The translations under genes were made by a program, and so were the position numbers. Of a DNA stretch of 64,000 bases, positions 41,605-51,028 are shown piece by piece. The notes under the pieces are model-generated. The model searched no databases. It was not told the DNA's origin and was given only the letters and a program-made list of their open reading frames with translations. Source of the DNA: Ferribacterium limneticum (lineage in GTDB: Bacteria; Pseudomonadota; Gammaproteobacteria; Burkholderiales; Rhodocyclaceae); the NCBI GenBank assembly GCA_049304775.1, contig JBAQOL010000014.1:11098-75097 (forward strand), in the 5' to 3' direction. Position 1 is the stretch's first letter. Each line of letters begins with the position of its first letter.

Positions 41605-41856
41605 TCAAGCCGCCTTAGGGTCGGCGGCCTTGTCCTCTGGTGGCGCATCCGGCTCCAGATCTTCCCAGATACAGGTATGCTCCTGACGCACGTCGTGCAA
41701 GCCGGGCTTGTTCTTCTCCTGCACCAGGCACTCCCCTGAACATTCATCAGAAACCACCACCAGCTTCATCTCGGCGTCCACCTGCCGTTCGCCATCCCAG
41801 AAGCTACACGTAGCGCAGACCTTAACCTCGGTCGGCAAAATCAATTTTTCAGCCAT
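41605..41856 (-). CDS. Small Cys-rich hypothetical protein (83 aa)
   Basis: GAGGA SD. Cys pattern CATC...C...C...C with an acidic, Pro-rich tail. Stop codon abuts the holA stop. Confidence 0.5.
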   Translation of the reverse strand: MAEKLILPTEVKVCATCSFWDGERQVDAEMKLVVVSDECSGECLVQEKNKPGLHDVRQEHTCIWEDLEPDAPPEDKAADPKAA

Positions 41857-41969
41857 CTTGTCCTCGACGGAAAGCCCTGTTGTCGTTGCGGATAAGAGTT
41901 TACCCGGTTCTAGAAGTTCCCACTTATTTGTCTGGCTATAATGTTCCTTTGCCCCGCACGAAGAACATC

Positions 41970-43226
41970 ATGGACATCAAGCATTACATGCAGACCGTCG
42001 GCCGTCAGGCCCGCGCTGCCTCGCGCCGTATCGCCGCGGCCTCGACGGCCGAAAAGAACGCCGCCCTGCTCGCCATCGCCGCCGCCATCCGGCGCGAAAA
42101 AGCTGCTCTGGTCGCCGCCAACCAGCAAGACCTTGCTGCCGCCCGCGCCACCGGGCTGGAAACCGCCATGCTCGACCGCCTGACGCTGACCGAAAAGGGC
42201 GTGGACAGCATGGCCGAAGGCGTCGAACAGGTCGCCAAACTGCCTGACCCGATTGGTGAAATGGGCGAGTTCAAATACCAGCCGTCCGGCATCCAGGTCG
42301 GCAAGATGCGCGTGCCGCTCGGCGTCATCGGCATCATTTACGAAGCCCGCCCGAACGTCACGGCCGACGCTGCCGCGCTGTGCCTCAAATCCGGCAACGC
42401 CGCCATCCTGCGTGGCGGCTCGGAAGCCATCCGCTCCAACCGCGCCATCGCTGCGCTGGTCCATGAGGGTCTGCAAGCCGCCGGCTTGCCGGCCGATGCC
42501 GTGCAGGTCATCGACACCACCGACCGCGCTGCCGTCGGCGAACTGATCACCATGCGCGAATTCGTCGATGTCATCGTGCCGCGCGGCGGCAAGGGCCTGA
42601 TCGCCCGCCTGCTGGCCGAATCGCGCGTACCGATGATCCAGCACCTCGACGGCAACTGCCACGTCTACCTCGAAGAGGAAGCCGATCCGAACAAGGCGCT
42701 CAAGATCGTCGAGAACGCCAAGACCCAGCGCTACGGCACCTGCAACACCGCCGAGTCGCTGCTCGTCGACCGTTCCGTGGCGGCCATGCTGTTGCCGCCG
42801 ATTGCCCACATGCTGACCAGCAAGGGGGTCGAGGTCCGCGGTTGCGCCGAAACCTGCGCCATCCTGCCGAACGCCGTCGCGGCGACGGAGGAGGATTACT
42901 ACACCGAGTTCCTGGCGCCGATAATCTCGGTCAAGGTGGTGGCCGGCATCGATGAAGCGATCGACCACATCAACAAATACTCGTCGCACCACAGCGAAGC
43001 GATCGTCACCGACAACCATCCGAAGGCCATGCGCTTCCTGCGCGAGGTCGACTCGGCCTCGGTCATGATCAATGCCTCGACGCGCTTCGCCGATGGTTTC
43101 GAATATGGCCTGGGCGCCGAAATCGGCATCTCGACCGACAAGATCCACGCCCGCGGCCCGGTCGGCCTGGAAGGACTGACCAGCCAGAAATGGATCGTTC
43201 TGGGTGACGGACACGTACGCGCTTGA
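41970..43226 (+). CDS. proA: Gamma-glutamyl phosphate reductase
   Basis: [19 protein letters not shown]... ALDH-fold protein of 418 aa. The track ORF start at 41880 is an upstream extension. Confidence 0.9.
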   Translation: MDIKHYMQTVGRQARAASRRIAAASTAEKNAALLAIAAAIRREKAALVAANQQDLAAARATGLETAMLDRLTLTEKGVDSMAEGVEQVAKLPDPIGEMGEFKYQPSGIQVGKMRVPLGVIGIIYEARPNVTADAAALCLKSGNAAILRGGSEAIRSNRAIAALVHEGLQAAGLPADAVQVIDTTDRAAVGELITMREFVDVIVPRGGKGLIARLLAESRVPMIQHLDGNCHVYLEEEADPNKALKIVENAKTQRYGTCNTAESLLVDRSVAAMLLPPIAHMLTSKGVEVRGCAETCAILPNAVAATEEDYYTEFLAPIISVKVVAGIDEAIDHINKYSSHHSEAIVTDNHPKAMRFLREVDSASVMINASTRFADGFEYGLGAEIGISTDKIHARGPVGLEGLTSQKWIVLGDGHVRA

Positions 43227-43244
43227 GGCCCATTATCGCGACAG

Positions 43245-43272
43245 AAAGCCCCGGCACCCCCGGGGCTTTTTT
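43245..43272 (+). terminator. Rho-independent terminator after proA
   Basis: agccccgg-caccc-ccggggct followed by T6. Confidence 0.75.
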
Positions 43273-43366
43273 GTCGCCGCCCTGAAGTCACCTCCACGAC
43301 ATTCGCATCAGCTAAGCAATATGTCATAAAATTGGCGCCGTTTTTTTGCCCAATAAAGGAATGCTG

Positions 43367-43825
43367 ATGGCTATCGCCTGGACCCCCAATCTCAACACCG
43401 GCATCAACGTCATTGATCAACAGCATCGGCAGATTGTCGATTACATCAACAACCTTGAAGCAGCCAACCTCATTATCGACAAGCGCAAGGTCAAGGAAAT
43501 CGTCGATTCCTGCGTCGACTACACGCTCTCGCATTTCGCCTTCGAGGAGAGCCTGCAGGAAGATGCGGGCTACCAATACGTCAAGGCACACAAGCGGGTG
43601 CATGAGCTGTTCACCCGCAAGGTCGGCGAGTACCAGGAACGCCTCAATTTGGGCGAGGATATCGGTAAAGAGTTGCATGACATGCTGGCCCGCTGGCTGG
43701 TCAGCCACATCAAACACGACGATGCCGACTATGTAAGCGCGGTGAAGACGAATATGATTTCGCTCATCGAGGAAAAGGAGACAAAAAAAGAAACGAAAGG
43801 CTGGTTCGCTCGTTTCTTCAAATAA
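43367..43825 (+). CDS. Bacteriohemerythrin
   Basis: [21 protein letters not shown] and HIKHDD are the hemerythrin His/Asp/Glu iron ligands. An alternative ATG lies at 43361. Confidence 0.85.
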   Translation: MAIAWTPNLNTGINVIDQQHRQIVDYINNLEAANLIIDKRKVKEIVDSCVDYTLSHFAFEESLQEDAGYQYVKAHKRVHELFTRKVGEYQERLNLGEDIGKELHDMLARWLVSHIKHDDADYVSAVKTNMISLIEEKETKKETKGWFARFFK

Positions 43826-43829
43826 ACCC

Positions 43830-45005
43830 ATGGCAAAAAACACATTTCACTGGGAAGACCCCTTCCTGCTTGACAGCCAACTTGCCGCCGACGAGCGGCA
43901 AGTCCGCAATGCCGCCCGCGATTTTGCCCAGAAGGCGCTGCAGCCGCGCATCCGCGACGCCTTCCGCAACGAGACGACTGACCCGGCGATCTACCGCGAA
44001 ATGGGTGACATGGGCCTGCTCGGCGCAACGCTGCCGCCGCAGTTCGGCGGCGCCGGGCTCAATTACGTTTCCTACGGGCTGATCGCCCGCGAGGTCGAGT
44101 ACGTCGACTCGGCCTACCGGACCCTGCTCAGCGTGCAGTCCTCGCTGACCATGGTGCCTATTTACGAATTCGGCTCCGACGAGCAGAAAGAGAAATACCT
44201 CAAGAAGCTCGGCAAGGGCGAGCTGATCGGCTGCTTCGGGCTGACCGAGCCGAACTCGGGCTCCGATCCATCCAGTGCCAGCACCGTCGCCCGCAGCGTG
44301 CCAGGGGGCTGGAAGATTTCCGGCCGCAAGACGTGGATCACCAATTCGCCGATTGCCGACATTTTCATCGTCTGGGCCAAGGACGACGCCGGCGCCTTGC
44401 GCGGCTTTATTCTCGAAAAAGGCATGGCCGGGCTGTCGGCGCCGGTCATCAACGGCAAGGTCAGCCTGCGCGCCTCGATCACCGGCGACATCGTCATGGA
44501 CGAGGTTTTCGTACCGACCGAGAACCAGTTGCCCAAGGCCAGCGGCCTCAAGGGGCCATTCACCTGCCTCAACTCAGCCCGTTTCGGCATTTCCTGGGGC
44601 GCCCTCGGCGCCGCGGAAGCCTGCTGGCACACGGCGCGGCAATACACGCTCGACCGCCAGCAGTTCGGCCGGCCGCTCGCCGCCACGCAGCTGATCCAGA
44701 AAAAGCTCGTCGACATGCAGGGCGAGATTGCGCTGGGCATCCAGGGTGCGCTACGCCTCGGCCGCATGATGGACGACGGCAGCGCGACGCCGGAACTGGT
44801 CTCGCTGATGAAGCGCAACAGCACCGGCAAGGCGCTCGAAATCGCCCGCAACGCCCGCGACATGCTGGGCGGCAACGGCATTTCCGATGAGTTCGGGGTG
44901 ATTCGCCACATGGTCAATCTGGAATCGGTGACGACCTACGAAGGCACGCACGACGTGCACGCGCTGATCCTCGGCCGGGCACAGACCGGCTTGTCGGCTT
45001 TTTGA
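43830..45005 (+). CDS. gcdH: Glutaryl-CoA dehydrogenase (acyl-CoA dehydrogenase family)
   Basis: [13 protein letters not shown]... [14 protein letters not shown]... [14 protein letters not shown]. Starts 4 nt after the hemerythrin stop. Confidence 0.85.
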   Translation: MAKNTFHWEDPFLLDSQLAADERQVRNAARDFAQKALQPRIRDAFRNETTDPAIYREMGDMGLLGATLPPQFGGAGLNYVSYGLIAREVEYVDSAYRTLLSVQSSLTMVPIYEFGSDEQKEKYLKKLGKGELIGCFGLTEPNSGSDPSSASTVARSVPGGWKISGRKTWITNSPIADIFIVWAKDDAGALRGFILEKGMAGLSAPVINGKVSLRASITGDIVMDEVFVPTENQLPKASGLKGPFTCLNSARFGISWGALGAAEACWHTARQYTLDRQQFGRPLAATQLIQKKLVDMQGEIALGIQGALRLGRMMDDGSATPELVSLMKRNSTGKALEIARNARDMLGGNGISDEFGVIRHMVNLESVTTYEGTHDVHALILGRAQTGLSAF

Positions 45006-45036
45006 ATTTTGGCCATTTTTTCCGGTCGACCGTAGC
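44999..45036 (-). repeat. Dispersed ~40-bp repeat, copy 7 (reverse); contains the gcdH stop codon
   Basis: tttttgaattttggccattttttccggtcgaccgtagc. The TGA at 45003-45005 lies inside the repeat consensus. Confidence 0.85.
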
Positions 45037-45054
45037 AATGACCACGGAGGCACC

Positions 45055-45546
45055 ATGAAAACCAACGCCTATCAAGCCATCGTCGCCGCGCCTGGATTCT
45101 CGCTCGGCGTCCAGTGCAGCGACGACGAAATCACCGGCATCGAATTCCTCGAACCGCGCCCGGAGCAAGCGCCGGCAACGCCACTGGCGGCCGAAGCAGT
45201 GCGTCAGCTCAAGGCCTACATCGCCGACCCGAGCTTCGTTTTTGGCCTGCCCCTGCGCCCGGCCGGCACCCATTTCCAGCGCCGTGTCTGGGAGCAGATT
45301 TCGGCCATTCCGAGCGGCCGGACCCACACCTACGGCGAAGTGGCGAAAAATATCAAGAATGCCCCGCGTGCCGTCGGCCAGGCCTGCGGCTCGAATCCCT
45401 ACCCGGTTGTCGTGCCGTGCCATCGCGTCGTCGCCACGGGCGGCGGGCTCGGCGGCTTTGCCCGCGAACGCGGCGGTTTCCTGCTCGACGTCAAACGCTG
45501 GCTACTGACGCATGAATCCAGCGAACTTGCCAGCAAACGCGGCTGA
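45055..45546 (+). CDS. ogt: Methylated-DNA-protein-cysteine methyltransferase
   Basis: YGEVAKNIKNAPRAVGQACGSNPYPVVVPCHRVV (PCHR active site). GGAGG SD. Confidence 0.85.
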   Translation: MKTNAYQAIVAAPGFSLGVQCSDDEITGIEFLEPRPEQAPATPLAAEAVRQLKAYIADPSFVFGLPLRPAGTHFQRRVWEQISAIPSGRTHTYGEVAKNIKNAPRAVGQACGSNPYPVVVPCHRVVATGGGLGGFARERGGFLLDVKRWLLTHESSELASKRG

Positions 45547-46432
45547 CCTCGCCGAGATCGACAATTTCTGCGACGCCCTGTGGCTGGAAGACGGCCTGGC
45601 CAAGGCGACGCTGAACAGCTATCGCTCCGACCTCGGCCGGCTCTCCCTGTGGCTGGCCAATAACGCCAACGAGCCGCTGCTCGACCTGCGCGAGACGACG
45701 CTGACCGGCTTCATCGCCCACCTCGCGAAACAAACCCGGGCCAGTTCGCAGGCCCGCTACCTATCGACGCTACGCCGCTTCTACCGCTGGCAGCTCGGCC
45801 GCGGCCGCATCGTCGCCGACCCGACGCTCAAGCTGGCCAACCCGAGCCGCCCGTCGCGCCTGCCCAAGGTCATGTCAGAAAAACAGGTCGAAGCCCTGCT
45901 CGACGCCCCCGATCTCGACACCCCGCTCGGCCTGCGCGACCGCGCCATGCTCGAAACCATCTACGCCACGGGCCTGCGCGTCTCGGAACTGGTCGGCCTT
46001 CGCCTGCACGAAGTCAGCCTCGCCGACGGCGTCCTGCGTGCGCTCGGCAAGGGCAGCAAGGAGCGCCTGGTGCCACTTGGTCAGCTGGCCATCGAGTGGA
46101 TCAAGCGTTACCTCAATGAAGCCAGGCCGGACATCCTCAACGGCCAGCAGAGCGACGACCTGTTCGTCACCGCGCGCGGCGGCGCCATGACCCGCCAGGC
46201 CTTCTGGCACCTGATCAAGCGCTACGCGCTGATCGCCGGCATCGCCCCGGAAAAACTGTCGCCGCACGTCCTGCGCCACGCCTTCGCGACCCACCTGCTC
46301 AACCACGGCGCCGATCTCCGCGTCGTGCAACTGCTGCTCGGCCACGCCGACATTTCGACAACCCAGATTTACACCCACGTCGCCCGCGAACGACTCAAGA
46401 CGCTGCACGCGGAGCACCATCCGCGCGGGTAA
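45512..46432 (+). CDS. xerD: Tyrosine recombinase XerD
   Basis: YRSDL... GLRVSELVGL... HVLRHAFATHLLNHGADLRVVQLLLGHADISTTQIYTHV. Confidence 0.85.
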   Translation: MNPANLPANAADLAEIDNFCDALWLEDGLAKATLNSYRSDLGRLSLWLANNANEPLLDLRETTLTGFIAHLAKQTRASSQARYLSTLRRFYRWQLGRGRIVADPTLKLANPSRPSRLPKVMSEKQVEALLDAPDLDTPLGLRDRAMLETIYATGLRVSELVGLRLHEVSLADGVLRALGKGSKERLVPLGQLAIEWIKRYLNEARPDILNGQQSDDLFVTARGGAMTRQAFWHLIKRYALIAGIAPEKLSPHVLRHAFATHLLNHGADLRVVQLLLGHADISTTQIYTHVARERLKTLHAEHHPRG

Positions 46433-46442
46433 AATCCCGGCC

Positions 46443-46934
46443 ATGAGCAAAGCCGAACACGCCCCCGAAACCCAGGCCACCAAGTTCCTCAAGGCGAACA
46501 AGGTGGCTTTTTCAACCCATCTCTACGCCTACGAGGAACACGGCGGCACCAAGGTGTCGGCGCGCGAACTCAATGTCGACGAACACGCGGTCGTCAAAAC
46601 CTTGATCTTCGAGGACGAGAACGCCAAGCCGCTGATCGTCCTCATGCACGGCGACTGCAAGGTTTCGACCAAGGAGCTGGCGCGGCAGATCGGCTGCAAG
46701 AAGGTCGAACCGTGCAAGCCGGAAGTCGCCAACCGCCACACCGGCTTCCTAGTTGGCGGCACCAGCCCGTTCGGCACCAAGAAAGCGATGCCGGTGCATA
46801 TCCAAAAAACCATCCTCGATCTGCCGCTGATCTACATCAACGGCGGAAAACGCGGCTTTCTCGTCGGCGTCCATCCGCACGACATCCTGCGCACGCTGCA
46901 GCCGAAAGTGGTCGAGGCGGCGCTCAAGGGCTGA
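46443..46934 (+). CDS. ybaK: Cys-tRNA(Pro)/Cys-tRNA(Cys) deacylase, YbaK family
   Basis: 163 aa with GFLVGGTSPFGTKK. Confidence 0.75.
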   Translation: MSKAEHAPETQATKFLKANKVAFSTHLYAYEEHGGTKVSARELNVDEHAVVKTLIFEDENAKPLIVLMHGDCKVSTKELARQIGCKKVEPCKPEVANRHTGFLVGGTSPFGTKKAMPVHIQKTILDLPLIYINGGKRGFLVGVHPHDILRTLQPKVVEAALKG

Positions 46935-47025
46935 TTGCCAATGACAATCGAGGGCATTTAAGCAATCGATTGGCGCTATAGACCGGCAGTTCGTAAAGTG
47001 GCACTCAAGACAAAGGAGCGCCACC

Positions 47026-47901
47026 ATGACCCAACTCGTTATCCAGCACTACGCCCGACCGACTGCCCGTCGCCATCTGTGGATAGGCATGGCGATGGCC
47101 GTTGTTGCCATCGCCTTCGGCATCGAACAGGCCGTCCACTGGCTGGCTGCCCACCCGATGGCCGCCAAGGGTCTTGAAGCCAGCCTGCTCGCTGGTGCAG
47201 CGACCGGGCTCGGCGCCATTCCCGTGCTCATGCTCCGCCGTCCGTCGGAACGACTGATGGCCCCGATGCTCGGTTTGGCCGGCGGCATGATGCTCGCCGC
47301 CAGTCTGTTCTCGCTCCTCGTCCCGGCCGTGCAGACGGTGATGGCCAGCGCTGCCGTGTGGTCGCTCGGCATCGCCACGGCTGGCGCCTTGCTGGCTGGC
47401 GTCGCGGCCATGCAGATGCTCGACCGCCGCTTGCCGCACGAGCACGTCGAGGAAGTCGAAAGCAGCGGCATGCAGCCCAACGTCGCTCTCGTCGTCGCCG
47501 CCATCGCCATCCACAACGTGCCGGAAGGTCTGGCCGTGGGCGTCGCCGCAGCAGCCGGGGCCGACCACGGCATGAGCCTCGGCATCGCCTTGCAGAACAT
47601 CCCGGAAGGCTGGATCGTCGCCAGCGCCATGGTGGCGCTCGGGGCGGCGCCCTTGCGGGCGGCCCTCATTGCACTTGGCACCGGCCTCGTCGAACCGGTC
47701 GGCGGCTTGTTCGGGGTCATCGCCAGCACCGTCGCCGGCGCCGCCTTGCCGATGGCGCTGGCCGCCGCAGCCGGAGCGATGCTCTGGGTGGTCAGCCACG
47801 AGATGATTCCCGCCTCGCACCAGCCGGGGCGAGTCGGTGCCGGGACTGCCGGTTTGGCAGGGGGTTTTGCCGTGATGACGGTGCTGGCGGCGGCGTTTTA
47901 G
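47026..47901 (+). CDS. ZIP family divalent-metal transporter
   Basis: HNVPEGLAVG and QNIPEGW motifs. Polytopic, 291 aa. Confidence 0.8.
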   Translation: MTQLVIQHYARPTARRHLWIGMAMAVVAIAFGIEQAVHWLAAHPMAAKGLEASLLAGAATGLGAIPVLMLRRPSERLMAPMLGLAGGMMLAASLFSLLVPAVQTVMASAAVWSLGIATAGALLAGVAAMQMLDRRLPHEHVEEVESSGMQPNVALVVAAIAIHNVPEGLAVGVAAAAGADHGMSLGIALQNIPEGWIVASAMVALGAAPLRAALIALGTGLVEPVGGLFGVIASTVAGAALPMALAAAAGAMLWVVSHEMIPASHQPGRVGAGTAGLAGGFAVMTVLAAAF

Positions 47902-47916
47902 CCGGGCCAGAGCATT

Positions 47917-47954
47917 CCCACGGTCAACCGGAAATTTTGGCCAAAATTGAAATG
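47917..47954 (+). repeat. Dispersed ~40-bp repeat, copy 8
   Basis: cccacggtcaaccggaaattttggccaaaattgaaatg contains the perfect palindrome AATTTTGGCCAAAATT. Lies between the convergent ZIP and folB genes. Confidence 0.85.
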
Positions 47955-47973
47955 GCCCGATGGGGGTAAACGC

Positions 47974-48324
47974 TCAGAGCGAGCGTTCGATAATCACGCC
48001 GACGCGCTTGACGCCCGGCATCATGCCGAGCTTGGCGACCGACACGCGGACCCAGTGCACGGCGAAAGTTTCCAGCACGTAGCTCGCCACATGCTCGGCC
48101 AGTGCCTCGATCAGATTGAAGTGTACGGCGGCCAAGTCGGCCCGCAGGCGCTCAACCACCACGGCGTAATCAACCGTGTCGCGGATGTCGTCGCTGGCCC
48201 CGGCTGAGGCCGTCGACACGCCAATTTGCAAAGAGATTTCGACCGTCTGCGGCATGGCCTTTTCGCGCGGATAAATGCCTATCCAGGTTTCAGCACGCAG
48301 TTCTTCGAGGAAAATGATGTCCAT
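47974..48324 (-). CDS. folB: Dihydroneopterin aldolase
   Basis: MDIIFLEELRAETWIGIYPREK...VEISLQIG. 116 aa from ATG 48324. Divergent from plsY, a conserved arrangement. Confidence 0.8.
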   Translation of the reverse strand: MDIIFLEELRAETWIGIYPREKAMPQTVEISLQIGVSTASAGASDDIRDTVDYAVVVERLRADLAAVHFNLIEALAEHVASYVLETFAVHWVRVSVAKLGMMPGVKRVGVIIERSL

Positions 48325-48399
48325 AGGGCGGTCGACCGCAGCAGCGGTGTAAAATTTGGCGCGATTGTACCCCAGCGACCAAAGCCACCTAAGCGCCCC

Positions 48400-48996
48400 A
48401 TGCAAATTGCCCTCGCCCTGATTGCCGCCTACCTGCTCGGCTCCGTTCCCTTCGCCATGATTTCCTCGAAGGTCTTCGGCCTGGCCGACCCGCGCACCTA
48501 CGGTTCGGGCAATCCCGGCGCCACCAACGTGCTGCGCAGCGGCAACAAGAAAGCCGCGCTATTCACCCTGCTCGGTGATGCGCTCAAGGGCTGGGCCGCC
48601 GTCTTCATTGCGCAGCAGATGGGCTTTTCGAGCACCGTCATCGGCCTCGTCGCGCTCGCCGTCTTCCTCGGCCATCTCTACCCGATTTTCCTCAAATTCA
48701 AGGGCGGCAAGGGCGTCGCCACCGCCGCCGGTGTGCTCATCGCCCTCGATCCGCTGCTCGGCCTGGCCGTCGCCGGCACCTGGCTGTTCATGGCCTATGC
48801 CTTCCGCTATTCATCGCTGGCCGCGGTCGTCGCCGCCGCCATGGCCCCGGTCATTTCCGTGCTGATGCACGGCGGCAATGGCCAGACGGTCGTCGTCGGC
48901 ATCCTCGGCATGGCTTTGATCGGCAAGCATTGGCAAAACATCCAGCGCCTGATGGCCGGCCAGGAATCGAAGATCGGCAGCAAGAAAAAGGCTTGA
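48400..48996 (+). CDS. plsY: Glycerol-3-phosphate acyltransferase PlsY
   Basis: AAYLLGSVPFAMI...GSGNPGATNVLRSG...KGGKGVATAAG. Confidence 0.9.
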   Translation: MQIALALIAAYLLGSVPFAMISSKVFGLADPRTYGSGNPGATNVLRSGNKKAALFTLLGDALKGWAAVFIAQQMGFSSTVIGLVALAVFLGHLYPIFLKFKGGKGVATAAGVLIALDPLLGLAVAGTWLFMAYAFRYSSLAAVVAAAMAPVISVLMHGGNGQTVVVGILGMALIGKHWQNIQRLMAGQESKIGSKKKA

Positions 48997-49017
48997 GGCC
49001 AAGGCCTCGCCACAACA

Positions 49018-49042
49018 ACGCCGGTTCGCCGGCGTTTTTTTC
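49018..49042 (+). terminator. Rho-independent terminator after plsY
   Basis: aacgccgg-ttcg-ccggcgtt followed by a T-run. Confidence 0.8.
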
Positions 49043-49162
49043 GTCGGCGCGATAGCCAATTCCAATCCATCGCATTCGATCATTCGATTGGAGCAATAAA
49101 TCCGCGCTGCCTACACTGGGCCAATCAGGTCATCACGACCCGAACCACTTCAGGAGGCCACC

Positions 49163-49255
49163 ATGATTTCGAATTTCATTGATCGCTGGTTCGACGAGCT
49201 GCTGGCATGGCAACCCTGCGTCGACATCCTGGCGACCCTGCCCGACAACTTCTGA
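49163..49255 (+). CDS. Possible 30-aa small ORF ([30 protein letters not shown])
   Basis: Strong SD AGGAGG 5 nt upstream. No homology recognisable by eye. Confidence 0.2.
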   Translation: MISNFIDRWFDELLAWQPCVDILATLPDNF

Positions 49256-49320
49256 GCAATGAACCAAAACGGAGCGCCCCCGTCAAACGGTGCCTCCGAT
49301 CTCAACACCAAGGAAACCGC

Positions 49321-49821
49321 ATGAACCAAACCGTAACCCTCGGCGGCAACGCCATCACCATCGCCGGCAAATTCCCGCAAAAGGGCGACACGGCCCCCGC
49401 CTTCTCGCTGGTCGCCAAGGATCTCTCCGACGTCTCCCTCACCAGCTTCGCCGGCAAACGCAAGATCCTCAACATTTTTCCGAGCATCGACACGCCGACC
49501 TGCGCCACATCCGTCCGCCAGTTCAACGCCAAGGCGAGCGGATTGCCGAACGCCGTCGTCCTCTGCATCTCGGCCGACCTGCCCTTCGCCCAGGCCCGCT
49601 TTTGTGGTGCAGAAGGTCTCGATAACGTCGTCACCCTGTCCACCCTGCGCGGCCGCGAGTTCATCGAAGCCTACGGCGTCGCCATCACGAGCGGTCCGCT
49701 GGCCGGGCTGACTGCCCGCGCCGTCGTCGTCCTCGACGAAAACGACAAGGTCATCCACAGCGAACTGGTCGGCGAAATCAAGAACGAACCCGACTACGCC
49801 GCCGCCTTGGCCGCCCTCTGA
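49321..49821 (+). CDS. tpx: Thiol peroxidase
   Basis: [17 protein letters not shown] and [14 protein letters not shown]. 166 aa. Confidence 0.9.
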   Translation: MNQTVTLGGNAITIAGKFPQKGDTAPAFSLVAKDLSDVSLTSFAGKRKILNIFPSIDTPTCATSVRQFNAKASGLPNAVVLCISADLPFAQARFCGAEGLDNVVTLSTLRGREFIEAYGVAITSGPLAGLTARAVVVLDENDKVIHSELVGEIKNEPDYAAALAAL

Positions 49822-49830
49822 GACCAAGCC

Positions 49831-50050
49831 ATGCGTTCAGGCACCTTCGATGAATTCAGGATCAAGGCGCTCGCCGAAGGATTCGACGAGGTGCTTGAAC
49901 GCACCTTGCCGGCCGATGCCGTGCTCGATTCGCAAATCATCCGTTCGCGGTAAAAGCCCGCGTCGTACACGGCGAAATGTGGCGACGGTCGGTGCTGACA
50001 CGTGGCCCCTCAAGGCCGGCGCCACCTACTGTGTGGCCCGTCGGAACTGA
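49831..50050 (+). pseudogene. Decayed small cupin gene (frameshifted, internally deleted)
   Basis: Frame 1 reads MRSGTFDEFRIKALAEGFDEVLERTLPADAVLDSQIIRSR-stop. Downstream, VVHGEMW is in another frame and ..TVGADTWPLKAGATYCVARRN-stop in a third. Together they resemble a ~120-aa cupin family (from memory). Confidence 0.45.
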
Positions 50051-50062
50051 ACGGAGGCCACC

Positions 50063-50194
50063 ATGAGCAAGAAATGCTGCAAGCACCATCCGCCGTGCAA
50101 AGACTGCCCGAAGCTGAAAAAGAAGAAGAAAAAGAGCATCGCCACGGTCGACCGGAAATTTTGGCCAATTTTGAAATCGCTGCCTGACGATTAA
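50063..50194 (+). CDS. Possible 43-aa Cys/Lys-rich small protein (MSKKCCKHHPPCKDCPKLKKKKKKSIATVDRKFWPILKSLPDD)
   Basis: GGAGG SD 6 nt upstream. The last ~17 codons are encoded by repeat copy 9. Confidence 0.35.
   Translation: MSKKCCKHHPPCKDCPKLKKKKKKSIATVDRKFWPILKSLPDD
50141..50178 (+). repeat. Dispersed ~40-bp repeat, copy 9
   Basis: gccacggtcgaccggaaattttggccaattttgaaatc. Confidence 0.85.
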
Positions 50195-50260
50195 CGCCAA
50201 ACCTTGCGGCAGGGGGCGAATTGGAGAACACTGAGCGCCATCGCCCAGCGGACGCCAAGC

Positions 50261-51028
50261 ATGCACGCCCTTTCAGTTGAAGCGCTGTCCAGTTACTGGT
50301 CGGCCAACGAAATTGCCACCAACATCATCGTCTTCATGAACCTGGTCGGCGCCCTGCTGCTCGGTTTCATCCTTGGCTACGAACGCTCCTACCACGGCCG
50401 TGCCGCCGGCATGCGCACCTACGGCCTGGTCTGCGTCGCATCCTGCGCCTGCACGGTCATTGCCGGTTACCCCGGTTCCTGGTACGGCGGCGCCGCGCTG
50501 CTCCAGGCCGGTGGCGCCGCCGTTCCCATGCCGGATCCGACGCGGGTCATCCAGGGTATCGTCACCGGGGTCGGCTTCCTCGGCGCCGGCGTCATCATGA
50601 AGGAAGGCCTCAACATCAGCGGCCTGACCACCGCCGCCTCGATCTGGTCGGCATCGGTCATCGGCATCCTGGTCGGTATCGGTTTCTACGGCGCCGCCAT
50701 CCTGCTCACGCTGCTCTCGGCCGCTTGCATGCTCTATGTTTCCAAGCTCGAAGCCTGGCTACCATCGCGCCACGCCATCTCGGTCAGCCTGCGTTTCTTG
50801 CCTGAATTCATGCCACAGGAAGTCCACATCCGGAAAGCCCTGCTCGATATGGGCTACGAAGTGGCCGGTGGCTCGTTTTCCGTTGGCTACCATGGCCGCG
50901 CCCAGGAATGGCGTTTTGTCGCGGTAGCCCTCGGCCAGGGCATCGGCAAACCACTCGCCGAAATGCCCGTCAAGCTGATCGGACTCGACGGCGTCGACAG
51001 CTTCAACGTCGCCCACGCCCGGAATTAA
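50261..51028 (+). CDS. MgtC/SapB family membrane protein
   Basis: [27 protein letters not shown]... plus a C-terminal soluble domain. ATG at 50261. Confidence 0.8.
   Translation: MHALSVEALSSYWSANEIATNIIVFMNLVGALLLGFILGYERSYHGRAAGMRTYGLVCVASCACTVIAGYPGSWYGGAALLQAGGAAVPMPDPTRVIQGIVTGVGFLGAGVIMKEGLNISGLTTAASIWSASVIGILVGIGFYGAAILLTLLSAACMLYVSKLEAWLPSRHAISVSLRFLPEFMPQEVHIRKALLDMGYEVAGGSFSVGYHGRAQEWRFVAVALGQGIGKPLAEMPVKLIGLDGVDSFNVAHARN

Noticed and set aside
45512-45546. 35-nt overlap between ogt and xerD as a possible anomaly
   Set aside because: It is most simply explained by normal gene overlap or an ambiguous xerD start. Both proteins are full length with intact active-site motifs.
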